DNA of 64,000 bases from Alphaproteobacteria bacterium (GCA_017528045.1 JAFXPG010000005.1:1370-65369); one strand, 5' to 3'. Positions 31,624 through 40,573 are shown, numbered from the stretch's first letter. Numbers and translations are program-made. Notes: generated from the letters alone by a model not told the origin.

Positions 31624-32994
31624 ATGAGCAAAAAAGAACAATTAAAAAACGGACAAAGAAAATTGATTTCTATGTATCAAGAAACACAAAAAGACAAAAC
31701 AACAAAAATGTCTGGTTGGGTTTGTGTCCATGCAACGAAATATATGCCTCAAAAAAATAAAGACGGAAATTATTTTATACAAACTACTGCGATGGCCACA
31801 GATTATGAAATACCGCGTTCAACAGTTCATGTCGCGTTAAACCATATTGTGTATTCTCATATGTCTGGTAATTGGGATGAAATGCCATTTATCATATTGG
31901 CCCCATATGTAGAAACCGTAGAATTTAACGGCAATCCGACAATGGTTCAAACACAAGATACTTATTTTACACCAAATCCGGACACAGGTTTAGTTTTACC
32001 AAAAAATACTTTTATTGTAAAAGCAGATAAAAACGCCAAAGAACTTTTTAATATTGGCGACCATGTTTCGACATATAAAGTTGGAAATTATACACCAGAA
32101 GAAACCGAAGAAATTTTACAAATCGCCGCCCATAACAATGAATTCGAATATGAACTTTATAATTATAACAGGTATTCTCGTGGGGAATTAAAAAATGGAC
32201 CTGAAAAGGCCAACATCCCCGAATTCAACGAAGAAAAAGACAAAGATGCCTATGTGCATGATTATTGTGAAAAACAAAAAAACGCGATTTTAACGCAAAT
32301 TTTACGCCGATCGGTTGTCGCTATAACCATGAATAAAATGGGATACAATTATGGCACAGTAAACGATTTCGGCGCTGCTGAAATTGCAACGGCATCCGGC
32401 TTGCAATCTAATAGCGGCAAATTAGCACACAGTTGTTCATTGGAAAAAACGATAGAATCAAACGGTTTTTTGTTAAGTCAATTACCACATTTATTAAGAT
32501 CTAATAATTTTGAAAATATATACAGTTGGTTAATACACGACAAACAAGGAGTACCTTTTGGCGAAGACACTATGCATCCGGAAATTGTGAAAAAATTCAT
32601 AATAAACCATATATTACAAGACAAGATGCCAGATTTTTATGATATGTATACGGAATTATTTGAAGATTATAAAGAAAGATTAAAAGGACACGCCAAAGCT
32701 ATGCAGTTATCGAAACCAGGATACGAAATTAAAATATATGGTTCTTTGAAAGAATACAATCCTTATTTGGATACGGTTGTACGTCGCAGTGCCGACAGAA
32801 TGAACCAAGAATATAAAACGGCATTTGAAAAATTAAAACAAAACCCAGAATTTAATAAATTCAAAGAACATTTAAGTAAATTTAATTCGGGTTTAATCTG
32901 TGAGATAGGAAGGGGTTTAGAAATCGATCTAAGCGACCTTACCCCAGAAGCAATGGCGTTGTTAGGATTGACTAACAACCAAAATGGTTTATAA
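31624..32994 (+). CDS. hypothetical protein
   Basis: Long ORF with motifs CVHAT and RSTVH.ALNH.V.SH..GNW; terminator at 32999. Confidence 0.75.
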   Translation: MSKKEQLKNGQRKLISMYQETQKDKTTKMSGWVCVHATKYMPQKNKDGNYFIQTTAMATDYEIPRSTVHVALNHIVYSHMSGNWDEMPFIILAPYVETVEFNGNPTMVQTQDTYFTPNPDTGLVLPKNTFIVKADKNAKELFNIGDHVSTYKVGNYTPEETEEILQIAAHNNEFEYELYNYNRYSRGELKNGPEKANIPEFNEEKDKDAYVHDYCEKQKNAILTQILRRSVVAITMNKMGYNYGTVNDFGAAEIATASGLQSNSGKLAHSCSLEKTIESNGFLLSQLPHLLRSNNFENIYSWLIHDKQGVPFGEDTMHPEIVKKFIINHILQDKMPDFYDMYTELFEDYKERLKGHAKAMQLSKPGYEIKIYGSLKEYNPYLDTVVRRSADRMNQEYKTAFEKLKQNPEFNKFKEHLSKFNSGLICEIGRGLEIDLSDLTPEAMALLGLTNNQNGL

Positions 32995-33025
32995 AAACAA
33001 AACCGCCATTAATGGCGGTTTTATT

Positions 33026-33499
33026 TTATCTTATAAATTCTGGGGTTTTGTTCAGTTTTTGAATTTTTGCTAATAATTCTGGCAAATATTTATCATAAGA
33101 ACGTGACCAAACTAACAATTTAAACAAAGTGACGACGTTTTCTTTGTGTGTTTTTTGTTCTATATGTAACATTCTGCGACAAGAACGTTTAATAATTCGC
33201 CATTGACGCACCGTTGTTGAAGGTTTCAAAATTATGATACGATCTGCTTGTTCCAGTATTGGTATAATCCAATCTTTCGTATATATTCCTTCTATGACCC
33301 AGTTGTCGTTTTCTGATAAAATTTTATCACGTAATTTAAGACGATCTTCTTTTGGACGTTCAACATTAAAATTGTTTTTCTGGTTTATCCATTTTATATC
33401 ATCTAAATCAAAGTGGGGTATATTATTTTCGGCAGCAAGTTTTTTTGCATAAGTTGTTTTACCACTGCCTGGACCACCAGAAATAAATATTTTTGCCAT
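33026..33499 (-). CDS. adenylate-kinase-like P-loop protein (FlaR type)
   Basis: KIFISGGPGSGKTT, DLDD, WVIEG. Confidence 0.85.
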   Translation of the reverse strand: MAKIFISGGPGSGKTTYAKKLAAENNIPHFDLDDIKWINQKNNFNVERPKEDRLKLRDKILSENDNWVIEGIYTKDWIIPILEQADRIIILKPSTTVRQWRIIKRSCRRMLHIEQKTHKENVVTLFKLLVWSRSYDKYLPELLAKIQKLNKTPEFIR

Positions 33500-33588
33500 G
33501 AATATAACCTTATTTTCACAGTATTGTATTAGAACAATTTTATTTTTGTATAAAGAACACCGCACATGGCGGTCTTTTTTATTTAATC

Positions 33589-33696
33589 TGGTCGTGCTTG
33601 GTGAACAATTCTCGAACTGATATTATTAAGATTGGACGGGATATTGAAGGTGTAAAACGAATATTAAATGTTGAAATTTTTGAAACAATTTTTTAA
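33589..33696 (+). repeat. att-like junction 3 with coding-like tail
   Basis: TGGTCGTGC-N15-CGAACT; reads WSCLVNNSRTDIIKIGRDIEGVKRILNVE... Confidence 0.7.
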
Positions 33697-33726
33697 AATA
33701 AAAATATAGTCAAAAAGGGAGTAAAT

Positions 33727-33948
33727 ATGAAAAAAATAATGATATTGTGCCTTGGAATTGGTTTGTTTATTGAAAATGCAGATGCAGCATATACGCGTGG
33801 TCATATGCGTCGTAATGGTACTTATGTATCAGGGTACCACCATACAAAAGCCGATAAGACCAGAATAAACAACTATTCAACACGTGGTAATTATAATCCA
33901 TATACAGGAAAAACAGGGACAAAACCACTTACTAAATACGGGTATTAA
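33727..33948 (+). CDS. small secreted protein of a mobile-element-associated family
   Basis: Signal peptide; G..RRNGTYV.G...NNYST.GN.NPYTG..GT. Confidence 0.8.
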   Translation: MKKIMILCLGIGLFIENADAAYTRGHMRRNGTYVSGYHHTKADKTRINNYSTRGNYNPYTGKTGTKPLTKYGY

Positions 33949-33970
33949 AAAACAAAAGGGGACATAAAAA

Positions 33971-34240
33971 ATGAAAAAAATTATATTTGCTTTTTGTGGG
34001 ATACTTTTAACGGTTAATGCTTGGGCAACTATGCGATATGAAATACAGGTCGCGCATAATGATGAATTTTTTATAATAAATGATGAAAAGTTTTCTGCTA
34101 AAACTTTTTGTTATTCGTGGGATGGTTTTGATCAAGGCGACTATGTTGTGTTTCTAGATGGTTCACCATTAGGTGTGTGTGCTACAGCTGTTATTGCGAA
34201 TCCTTCAACAGGTAAAACATGCGAATTATGGTGTGAATAA
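33971..34240 (+). CDS. small secreted beta protein
   Basis: Signal peptide; HNDE.FIIN.EKF.AKT.C...C..WCE. Confidence 0.8.
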   Translation: MKKIIFAFCGILLTVNAWATMRYEIQVAHNDEFFIINDEKFSAKTFCYSWDGFDQGDYVVFLDGSPLGVCATAVIANPSTGKTCELWCE

Positions 34241-34297
34241 ATAAAAGTAGGGTGGGAGATTGAAGATATGAAACGAATATTAAATGTTGAAAAATAA
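34241..34297 (+). repeat. partial fourth junction tail
   Basis: Reads IKVGWEIEDMKRILNVEK*, homologous to IKIGRDIEGVKRILNVE. Confidence 0.6.
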
Positions 34298-34340
34298 AAT
34301 GTATTGGAATACAGTCATAATATATAAGAAAGGAATCAAA

Positions 34341-34868
34341 ATGAAAATTATATCTAAACTGTATTTTAATGTTTTTAAAAATCTGGGAAATTTGCGTTTA
34401 ATGTTTGTGATTAGTTGTATATCTGCTGTGTTATGTTTCCTTGTTATAAATTCTCAAAACAGTAATATCTATTTTCATACTTATAATGACAAAACAGACA
34501 TTTCTTCTTTGTATTCTGATATAAATGGCCATTCTTATTTTAGTCCGGTACGGAAATATTCAGCGAAAGATTTACAAAAATTAAAGTCTTTTTATATTTA
34601 TCGTTTGTGTCAGACAAATCAAAAACAAGCATTTAATGTAGCAGAACAATGGTTTAGCAATGTTGGAAAAGGGAAAGAATTTAAGACTGAAAAAGAAATA
34701 TGTGAGATAGTTCCTAAAAAAACAGGATATTCGATACATATTTATTCTTTTTCTTACTTATGGAATTATCTTTGGATCATTTTTTGGTTTTATTTTCCTT
34801 TTCTATTAGTTTTACCAATAAGATTCATAATGGATGGTTATAAACAGGATAAAAAGAGCAAAAAATGA
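34341..34868 (+). CDS. 2-TM hypothetical protein
   Basis: SD AAAGGA; TM at both ends; RFIMDGY tail. Confidence 0.7.
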   Translation: MKIISKLYFNVFKNLGNLRLMFVISCISAVLCFLVINSQNSNIYFHTYNDKTDISSLYSDINGHSYFSPVRKYSAKDLQKLKSFYIYRLCQTNQKQAFNVAEQWFSNVGKGKEFKTEKEICEIVPKKTGYSIHIYSFSYLWNYLWIIFWFYFPFLLVLPIRFIMDGYKQDKKSKK

Positions 34869-35539
34869 AAGATAAAGTTATAAATATTTTTATATTGGCT
34901 ACTTTGGTTATGTCGGTTGTTTGTCTGCGACCTTTATATGGCCTTCATATTAGTGCTGATATTTGTTTCTTTATTGGTTCAGTTGTATTCTTTATTAAAG
35001 GGTATTTAAATTTTTGCACAGGCAAACATAAAAGTTTAAGTGCATATATAGGACATTTAAATCATAAACTTGAAGATTTTATTGGCAAACAAGCACATAA
35101 TTACAAAACAAAAGTATGGTATAAACAACCAAAATATTGGCTTTTGATATGGTTTTTCGGTGTTGTTTTACTGTATATGCTTAGATATTGGGAATTGCGT
35201 TATTCGAATTATTTTATAAGACATTTGTTATATATAATTCCTTTTTTACCATTTGTTATTCGTGGTTATGCCTTTCCTTTTGTTTGGTTGTTCTTTGCTG
35301 TACCAGTTTTTGGTCTTTTAAGAATTATAAGAGTATTTATGTCTGGTTGGTGGCATCCTGAATTATTGCCATTGATTTCCTTGATATGGGTATTACTTGC
35401 CGAAGGTTTTTTGATATATGTGTGCTATCGTATTGAACGCACAAGAAAGGATAAAAAATATACTTGGAAACAAATTGTTTTTGATGTGATTTTAAGTTTA
35501 ATACTGTTCGGTTTTTGTGTTTTTATGATAATGAGATAA
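34865..35539 (+). CDS. polytopic membrane hypothetical protein
   Basis: About 6-7 hydrophobic segments; ATGA overlap with the upstream gene. Confidence 0.7.
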   Translation: MKDKVINIFILATLVMSVVCLRPLYGLHISADICFFIGSVVFFIKGYLNFCTGKHKSLSAYIGHLNHKLEDFIGKQAHNYKTKVWYKQPKYWLLIWFFGVVLLYMLRYWELRYSNYFIRHLLYIIPFLPFVIRGYAFPFVWLFFAVPVFGLLRIIRVFMSGWWHPELLPLISLIWVLLAEGFLIYVCYRIERTRKDKKYTWKQIVFDVILSLILFGFCVFMIMR

Positions 35540-35690
35540 ATACCATAGCGGATTCGAACTCATAAAAAATGTTAGTTTTCTAACCTTTTTTCTTAAAAAG
35601 TTCGAAAATAGGGTAAAAATTGGTCGGGCCGGTTCCTGCCTCAATACACAATAAATAAAATTAAAAAAATCTCGTGTTAGAAAATATGTA

Positions 35691-35874
35691 GGGCGAAAGG
35701 ATTCGCTCGGTCGGCTTTGCCGACACTGCGCGGCAATCGTGACGATTTCGCTGCGCTGGCGCTTGCAAAATCTACTGCTTGTCGAACCTGACAACTTCGT
35801 TGTGATGTATCAAATCCAAATTTCGCAACGATCACAAAATTAAAACCACCACAAAAGTGGTGGTTTGAATTTCG
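35691..35874 (-). repeat. GC-rich tRNA-derived structured repeat downstream of tRNA-Pro
   Basis: 15-bp duplicate of tRNA sequence (35691-705 = 35881-895), nested hairpins, then TCGAACCT. Confidence 0.6.
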
Positions 35875-35951
35875 TGGTCGGGGCGAAAGGATTCGAACCT
35901 TCGACACCTTGGTCCCAAACCAAGTACTCTACCAGACTGAGCTACACCCCG
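35875..35951 (-). tRNA. tRNA-Pro (TGG)
   Basis: Reverse complement CGGGGTG...CTTGG-TTTGGGA-CCAAG...GGTTCGAATCC...CGACCA. Confidence 0.97.
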
Positions 35952-36093
35952 AAAACGAAAGTTATTATATACTTATTTTTATAAAAAGCAAATATATTTT
36001 TACATTTTTATGTTTTTATTTTCATAAGTTGACAAAAATAATTTATTGTTTAATAATTGTAGTGCAATATATTAAAACAGGACAGAATATAAT

Positions 36094-36936
36094 ATGGCAG
36101 ATTTGAAATATACTCTTCATACTCATACAATTCGTTTTGATGGGCAAAACACACCTGCTGAAATGGTTGCTCACGCAAAAGATTTGGGGTTTAATACAAT
36201 AGGTTTTTCAAACCATTTTATTGTAAACCCAGCAATAAGAAATTCTAAACTGTATTATTATTCTGAATTGGGTGGCTATCATAATATTTATTCTGGTTCT
36301 TTCAAAGAAGCTGTTTATAAATTTAAAATACATTATGCTGAAATTGAAAAAATACGTAAATTATATCCTGAAATGAATATATTGCGTGGAATGGAAGTGG
36401 ATTTTTTTGATAATGATAAATGGAAAGAAGGATTCCAAGAAGCAATCAGATTATTAAAACCTGATTATACTATTGGTTCAGCTCATTTTATAGAACATGA
36501 TGGTGTGTTATTAAATACTCATGATTGGCAATCCGCTGATCCAGAATTACAAAAAGAATTATTAAAACAATATTGGTCAAATGTTGAAAAAGCCGCCGGA
36601 TCAGGGTTGTTTACATGGATGGCGCATCTTGATTTGCCTAAAAAAGCTGGATTGGGTTTTGGTGATGAATGGATGGTTTTAGAAAATAAGGCAGTAAGAG
36701 CAGCAGCCAAATCAAATACTGCAATTGAAATCAATACAGGTTTTTATCGTAATTATTGTTATGAACCATATCCTTCTAATCGTGTTTTAAAAATGATAAA
36801 AAGAAGTAAAGTTCCTGTGTTATTATCTGATGATGCCCATTCTATGGAAGCCATAGGTCGTCATTTCGATGAAGCACAAAATTTGATAGAGTTTTTTAAA
36901 TTAAAAACTTTTGATGTAAATTCTTTGATAAAATAA
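36094..36936 (+). CDS. PHP-domain phosphatase (histidinol-phosphatase HisJ family)
   Basis: HTHT, GMEVD, IGSAH, AHLD, EINT and SDDAH motifs. Confidence 0.9.
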   Translation: MADLKYTLHTHTIRFDGQNTPAEMVAHAKDLGFNTIGFSNHFIVNPAIRNSKLYYYSELGGYHNIYSGSFKEAVYKFKIHYAEIEKIRKLYPEMNILRGMEVDFFDNDKWKEGFQEAIRLLKPDYTIGSAHFIEHDGVLLNTHDWQSADPELQKELLKQYWSNVEKAAGSGLFTWMAHLDLPKKAGLGFGDEWMVLENKAVRAAAKSNTAIEINTGFYRNYCYEPYPSNRVLKMIKRSKVPVLLSDDAHSMEAIGRHFDEAQNLIEFFKLKTFDVNSLIK

Positions 36937-36959
36937 AAAATCCCCAAAACGGGGATTTT

Positions 36960-38042
36960 TTATTTGTTTGTTAATTGTAATTCTATACGACGATTTTTTT
37001 GTAAACTTTCCTTGTCGTTACCCAACACAACAGGGTGTAATTCCCCAAATCCAGTTGGAACTAATCTGCGTTTTGAAACACCGTTTTTAACCAATTCGTC
37101 TATGACGGCTGTTGCACGTAACAAAGATAATTGCATATTATTTCTGTATCCATGTGTTCCTGGTAATACCGCTTTGTTATCTGTATGTCCGTCAACACGA
37201 ATTATCCAATCTATATCGCTTGGGATCTTATCTTCGAAATCGGTAATTACATTAGCTAAAGCTTTCAATTGAGATTTTCCGTTTTTAGACACTTTATATG
37301 AACCACTTGGGAATAAAATATCACTGGATATAATGAATCTGTCCCCATCTTGTTGTATAACTGTGCGATCACCCAAAGCATTTTTTACTTGTTTATAGAA
37401 TTCCGATTGATATTCAGATAAACTGTTTAATTCTGCAACTTTATCTGCCAAAGCTTTGTTTAAACGATTAGACATTTCTACATATTCTATATCTTGTTGT
37501 TTTGCACGTTCTTCTGCTTGCTTTAATTGTTGTTGTAATTCTTCTATGTTGGCTTGCAAAGAAGATATTTCAGAACTTGCTTGATTCAAAATTTCATTTG
37601 TTTGTTCTTGTTCAATTTTAGCCAATGCTTCTTTTTCTTCGTCAGCTTTACGTAATCTGGAAGTTAATTCAGCAATTTCATTAGCTAATTTCACTTGTTC
37701 TTCATTTAAAACAGCGATTTGTTGTTCATAGTTTTCGCTTTGTATTTGTTGATTTGCAATTTCGTTTTCTTGTATTTCTAATACATCACGTGCAGCAACC
37801 AACAATTGTTCTGCTTGTTCGTTATCAGCCGCCATTTGAACAATTTTTTCAGCTTGTTCTTGTTGAATTTGTTGTAATTCTGCAAATTTTGTATCTTCTG
37901 CTTTTTTGCTAGAAACACTGGTTATTTTCCACAAGAATAAAAACACAATCATCAAGAAGATTAATATAATGACCAAATTTGAAAATAAATCTACGAACCC
38001 TGGCCATGCATTTGTTCTTTCACGAAAGCGTACATTTAACAT
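36960..38042 (-). CDS. MotB/OmpA-like peptidoglycan-binding membrane protein
   Basis: WPGFVD TM with conserved Asp, coiled coil, DILF.SGS, VDGHTD, LS..RA, NRRIE. Confidence 0.88.
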   Translation of the reverse strand: MLNVRFRERTNAWPGFVDLFSNLVIILIFLMIVFLFLWKITSVSSKKAEDTKFAELQQIQQEQAEKIVQMAADNEQAEQLLVAARDVLEIQENEIANQQIQSENYEQQIAVLNEEQVKLANEIAELTSRLRKADEEKEALAKIEQEQTNEILNQASSEISSLQANIEELQQQLKQAEERAKQQDIEYVEMSNRLNKALADKVAELNSLSEYQSEFYKQVKNALGDRTVIQQDGDRFIISSDILFPSGSYKVSKNGKSQLKALANVITDFEDKIPSDIDWIIRVDGHTDNKAVLPGTHGYRNNMQLSLLRATAVIDELVKNGVSKRRLVPTGFGELHPVVLGNDKESLQKNRRIELQLTNK

Positions 38043-38062
38043 TTTTCTCTCTCCATATTTTT

Positions 38063-39205
38063 TTAATTAAAAAGATAATCTAATACTGCGTTAATATATT
38101 CGCAATATGCATCAAAATCGTCCCATTCTTCCTTTGTTTTTGGTTTGGTATTAGGATTTTTTTCCAAATACTTATGTAAAGAATTTGTAGAAGCAAATCT
38201 TATAATACCATCAGATTCAATAATATTTTTATCAGAAACGCACAAAAACTTTGTGTTTATATTTATGGCTTCCAATGTATCAGAAAAACATAATTCCAAG
38301 CGTTTTTGAACATTTTTTAAATCTTCATATTCCATATTATATGTTCCGATAAACAATCTTTCATTTGTACCTGTTGCAATAACCACAGGGTACTTTTTGT
38401 TAATTCTAATTAAATCTTGTACAACATAACCGGCGTCTGTAAATGCATCATAAATTTCAGATATTTTATTATATATTTGTTCATTCACAGGTGCACTTTT
38501 AACCAGCTTTTTATCAGATTCTTCATCTGCATCTTTTATTTTTAATACATATTTTGTCATAAAATCGGATAAATCTTGGAAAATGGTATTTTGTGCAAAT
38601 TGTAGTTGTAATCCCAAAAATCCAACAATTAAACTGCCCGCCAGACCAAGTAAAGAACTGGTAAATGCTGTTGCCATACCAGACAAAGGTCCGGCCATTC
38701 CATGTTGCATTTTTACCAACACATCAGGATCTTCAAAATCTATATTTAACAATAATTCTGCAAAACCACCAACTGTGATAATTAAACCCCAGAAAGTTCC
38801 TAACAAGCCTAAAAATATCAAAGTATTTGTTATATAACGTACAGAATCTCGTTTGTCTTCTATTTTAATAGATACCAAATCCAATAATTCTGTTAAAGTA
38901 GAAGTGGTTATTTGTGTGTGTTTATTATGTACAGCTAAAGACACAGGACGTAACAATTTAGGTGCAATACCTGTTGCTGTTTTACCTTCAAAATAAGCAT
39001 GTAGCCATGTATATTCTGGTAATAATTCAAATATATTTACAAAACACAAACCAATTCCAAAAACAGTTGTACCAATAATGATTCCATTTAACAAAACATT
39101 AGATATCGCAATATTGAAAATTGTTTGCCAAAAAAGTAGGGCACCAACCAGCAAAACCGCTGTAAAAACGGACATAATGTTAAGATTTCTATGAAATTTT
39201 TTCAT
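38063..39205 (-). CDS. MotA/TolQ/ExbB proton-channel family protein with extra C-terminal domain
   Basis: LGLLGTFWGL and PL.GM.TAF.SSL.GL motifs. Confidence 0.88.
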   Translation of the reverse strand: MKKFHRNLNIMSVFTAVLLVGALLFWQTIFNIAISNVLLNGIIIGTTVFGIGLCFVNIFELLPEYTWLHAYFEGKTATGIAPKLLRPVSLAVHNKHTQITTSTLTELLDLVSIKIEDKRDSVRYITNTLIFLGLLGTFWGLIITVGGFAELLLNIDFEDPDVLVKMQHGMAGPLSGMATAFTSSLLGLAGSLIVGFLGLQLQFAQNTIFQDLSDFMTKYVLKIKDADEESDKKLVKSAPVNEQIYNKISEIYDAFTDAGYVVQDLIRINKKYPVVIATGTNERLFIGTYNMEYEDLKNVQKRLELCFSDTLEAININTKFLCVSDKNIIESDGIIRFASTNSLHKYLEKNPNTKPKTKEEWDDFDAYCEYINAVLDYLFN

Positions 39206-39330
39206 GATACTAATCTCTCTTTTCTCCAATGATAATAAATTTTGCAAAGGTATGTCAATAGAGATTTAATTCAAAATAATGTTAATATCATAAAAATACT
39301 TGCTTTTTTTGAAAAAATCTTCATAATTGG

Positions 39331-39381
39331 TTTGTTCCTGCTGACAAGATGGGCTTGTTAGCTGTATAAACCAAAGGAAAT
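39331..39381 (+). promoter_or_regulatory. putative S6:S18 autoregulatory leader
   Basis: TTCCT precedes hairpin GCTGACAAG/CTTGTTAGC and is complementary to the rpsF SD AGGAA. Confidence 0.5.
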
Positions 39382-39384
39382 AAA

Positions 39385-39726
39385 ATGGCTTATTATGAAA
39401 GCGTCCTGGTTTTCCGTCAGGACTTGACTGAACCGCAAGTAAAAGAAAAAGCGGCTAAATTCACAGAAATAATCAAAGAATTGGGTGGGGATGTAAAATC
39501 CACTGAATTTTGGGGTTTGAAAAATTTGGCATACATCATTCGTAAAAACCGCAAGGCTCATTATGTAATGTTGAATATTGAATTGCCAGGTGAACAAATC
39601 GCAGAATTGGAACGTCGTTCTCGTATTGATGAAGATGTTATACGTTTCTTGAACGTTCGCGTTGAAGAATTGTCTAAAACTCCTTCTATCATGATGAAGA
39701 AAAATACAGAAGAGGAGGTAGCATAA
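39385..39726 (+). CDS. rpsF: 30S ribosomal protein S6
   Basis: YE...RQDL, E.WG.K.LAY.I, VIRFL. Confidence 0.97.
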   Translation: MAYYESVLVFRQDLTEPQVKEKAAKFTEIIKELGGDVKSTEFWGLKNLAYIIRKNRKAHYVMLNIELPGEQIAELERRSRIDEDVIRFLNVRVEELSKTPSIMMKKNTEEEVA

Positions 39727-39953
39727 TGGCAGTACGTGCAGCAATTTATCGTAAAAAATCAAACCCATTGAAAGGTAAAGTGATTGATTACAAAGATGTG
39801 AAATTGTTATCACATTACATCACAGAACGTGGAAAAATTGTTCCATCTCGTATTTCTGGGGTTTCTCAAAAAGATCAACGTGCTTTGGCAAAAGCCATTA
39901 AACGCGCACGTCATTTGGGATTGATGCCATTTGTTCGTAACAATTTGGGTTAA
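39726..39953 (+). CDS. rpsR: 30S ribosomal protein S18 (Cys-less form)
   Basis: IDYKD..LL, ERGKI.PSR, QR.LA.AIKRAR. Confidence 0.97.
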   Translation: MAVRAAIYRKKSNPLKGKVIDYKDVKLLSHYITERGKIVPSRISGVSQKDQRALAKAIKRARHLGLMPFVRNNLG

Positions 39954-39985
39954 TCTCTAACTTTATTAAATAAAGGACAGATAAA

Positions 39986-40573
39986 ATGAAAGTTATTTTA
40001 ACAGAAAAAATTACAAAATTGGGTAATATCGGTGAAACTGTTGAAGTTAAAACTGGTTACGCAAGAAATTATTTGTTACCAAACAAAAAAGCAATGCGTT
40101 TCACAAAAGAAAACGTTGCTTTGTTTGAAGCACAAAAAGCAGAATTGGTTGCAAGACACGAAAATGCTAAAAAAGCAGCTGAATCAAAAGTTGAAGCGGT
40201 TAAAAATGCTAAATTACACATGATTCGTCAAGCCGGTGATACAGGTCAATTATATGGTTCTGTATCTTCTCGTGATATTGCACGTGCTTTGAAAGAAGTT
40301 GCAAACGTCAATGTAGAATCTGCACAAGTTATGTTGGGTTCACCAATTAAATCTGTTGGTGCATTTGATACAAAAATCGCATTACATCCAGACGTTATCG
40401 TTGATGTAAAGGTTTATGTTGCACAAACACAAGATGAAATTGATGCATTGGTTGCTGGTAAAACATTAACTTTCGGTTCTAAGAAAGTAGAAGAAGTTGC
40501 TGAAGAAGCACCTGCAGCAGAAAAAGCAGAAGCAACAGAAACAGAAGAAAAATCAGAAGAAGTTGCAGAATAG
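39986..40573 (+). CDS. rplI: 50S ribosomal protein L9
   Basis: MKVIL, VK.GYARNYLLP, LYGSV. Confidence 0.97.
   Translation: MKVILTEKITKLGNIGETVEVKTGYARNYLLPNKKAMRFTKENVALFEAQKAELVARHENAKKAAESKVEAVKNAKLHMIRQAGDTGQLYGSVSSRDIARALKEVANVNVESAQVMLGSPIKSVGAFDTKIALHPDVIVDVKVYVAQTQDEIDALVAGKTLTFGSKKVEEVAEEAPAAEKAEATETEEKSEEVAE

Larger units (their letters stand above)
29201..35951. mobile_element. tandem cassette array / integration hotspot at the tRNA-Pro 3' end
   Basis: Repeated hairpin+TGGTCG junctions at 29232, 31493 and 33589 match the tRNA-Pro CGACCA end at 35875. Confidence 0.65.

Noticed and set aside
29201-33620. Junction repeats as a CRISPR array or attC integron
   Set aside because: Spacing is about 2 kb, the repeats are degenerate, and there are no cas or intI genes and no RYYYAAC/GTTRRRY boxes.
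35498-36106. ORFs 35498-35794, 35677-35907 and 35909-36106
   Set aside because: They overlap tRNA-Pro and the GC-rich repeat; open by chance.
36960-39205. Zorya defence system or flagellar stator
   Set aside because: No zorC/D/E or flagellar genes are present; motifs match the common alphaproteobacterial WPGFVD pair.
39358-39813. Minus-strand 151-aa ORF
   Set aside because: Antisense to rpsF/rpsR.
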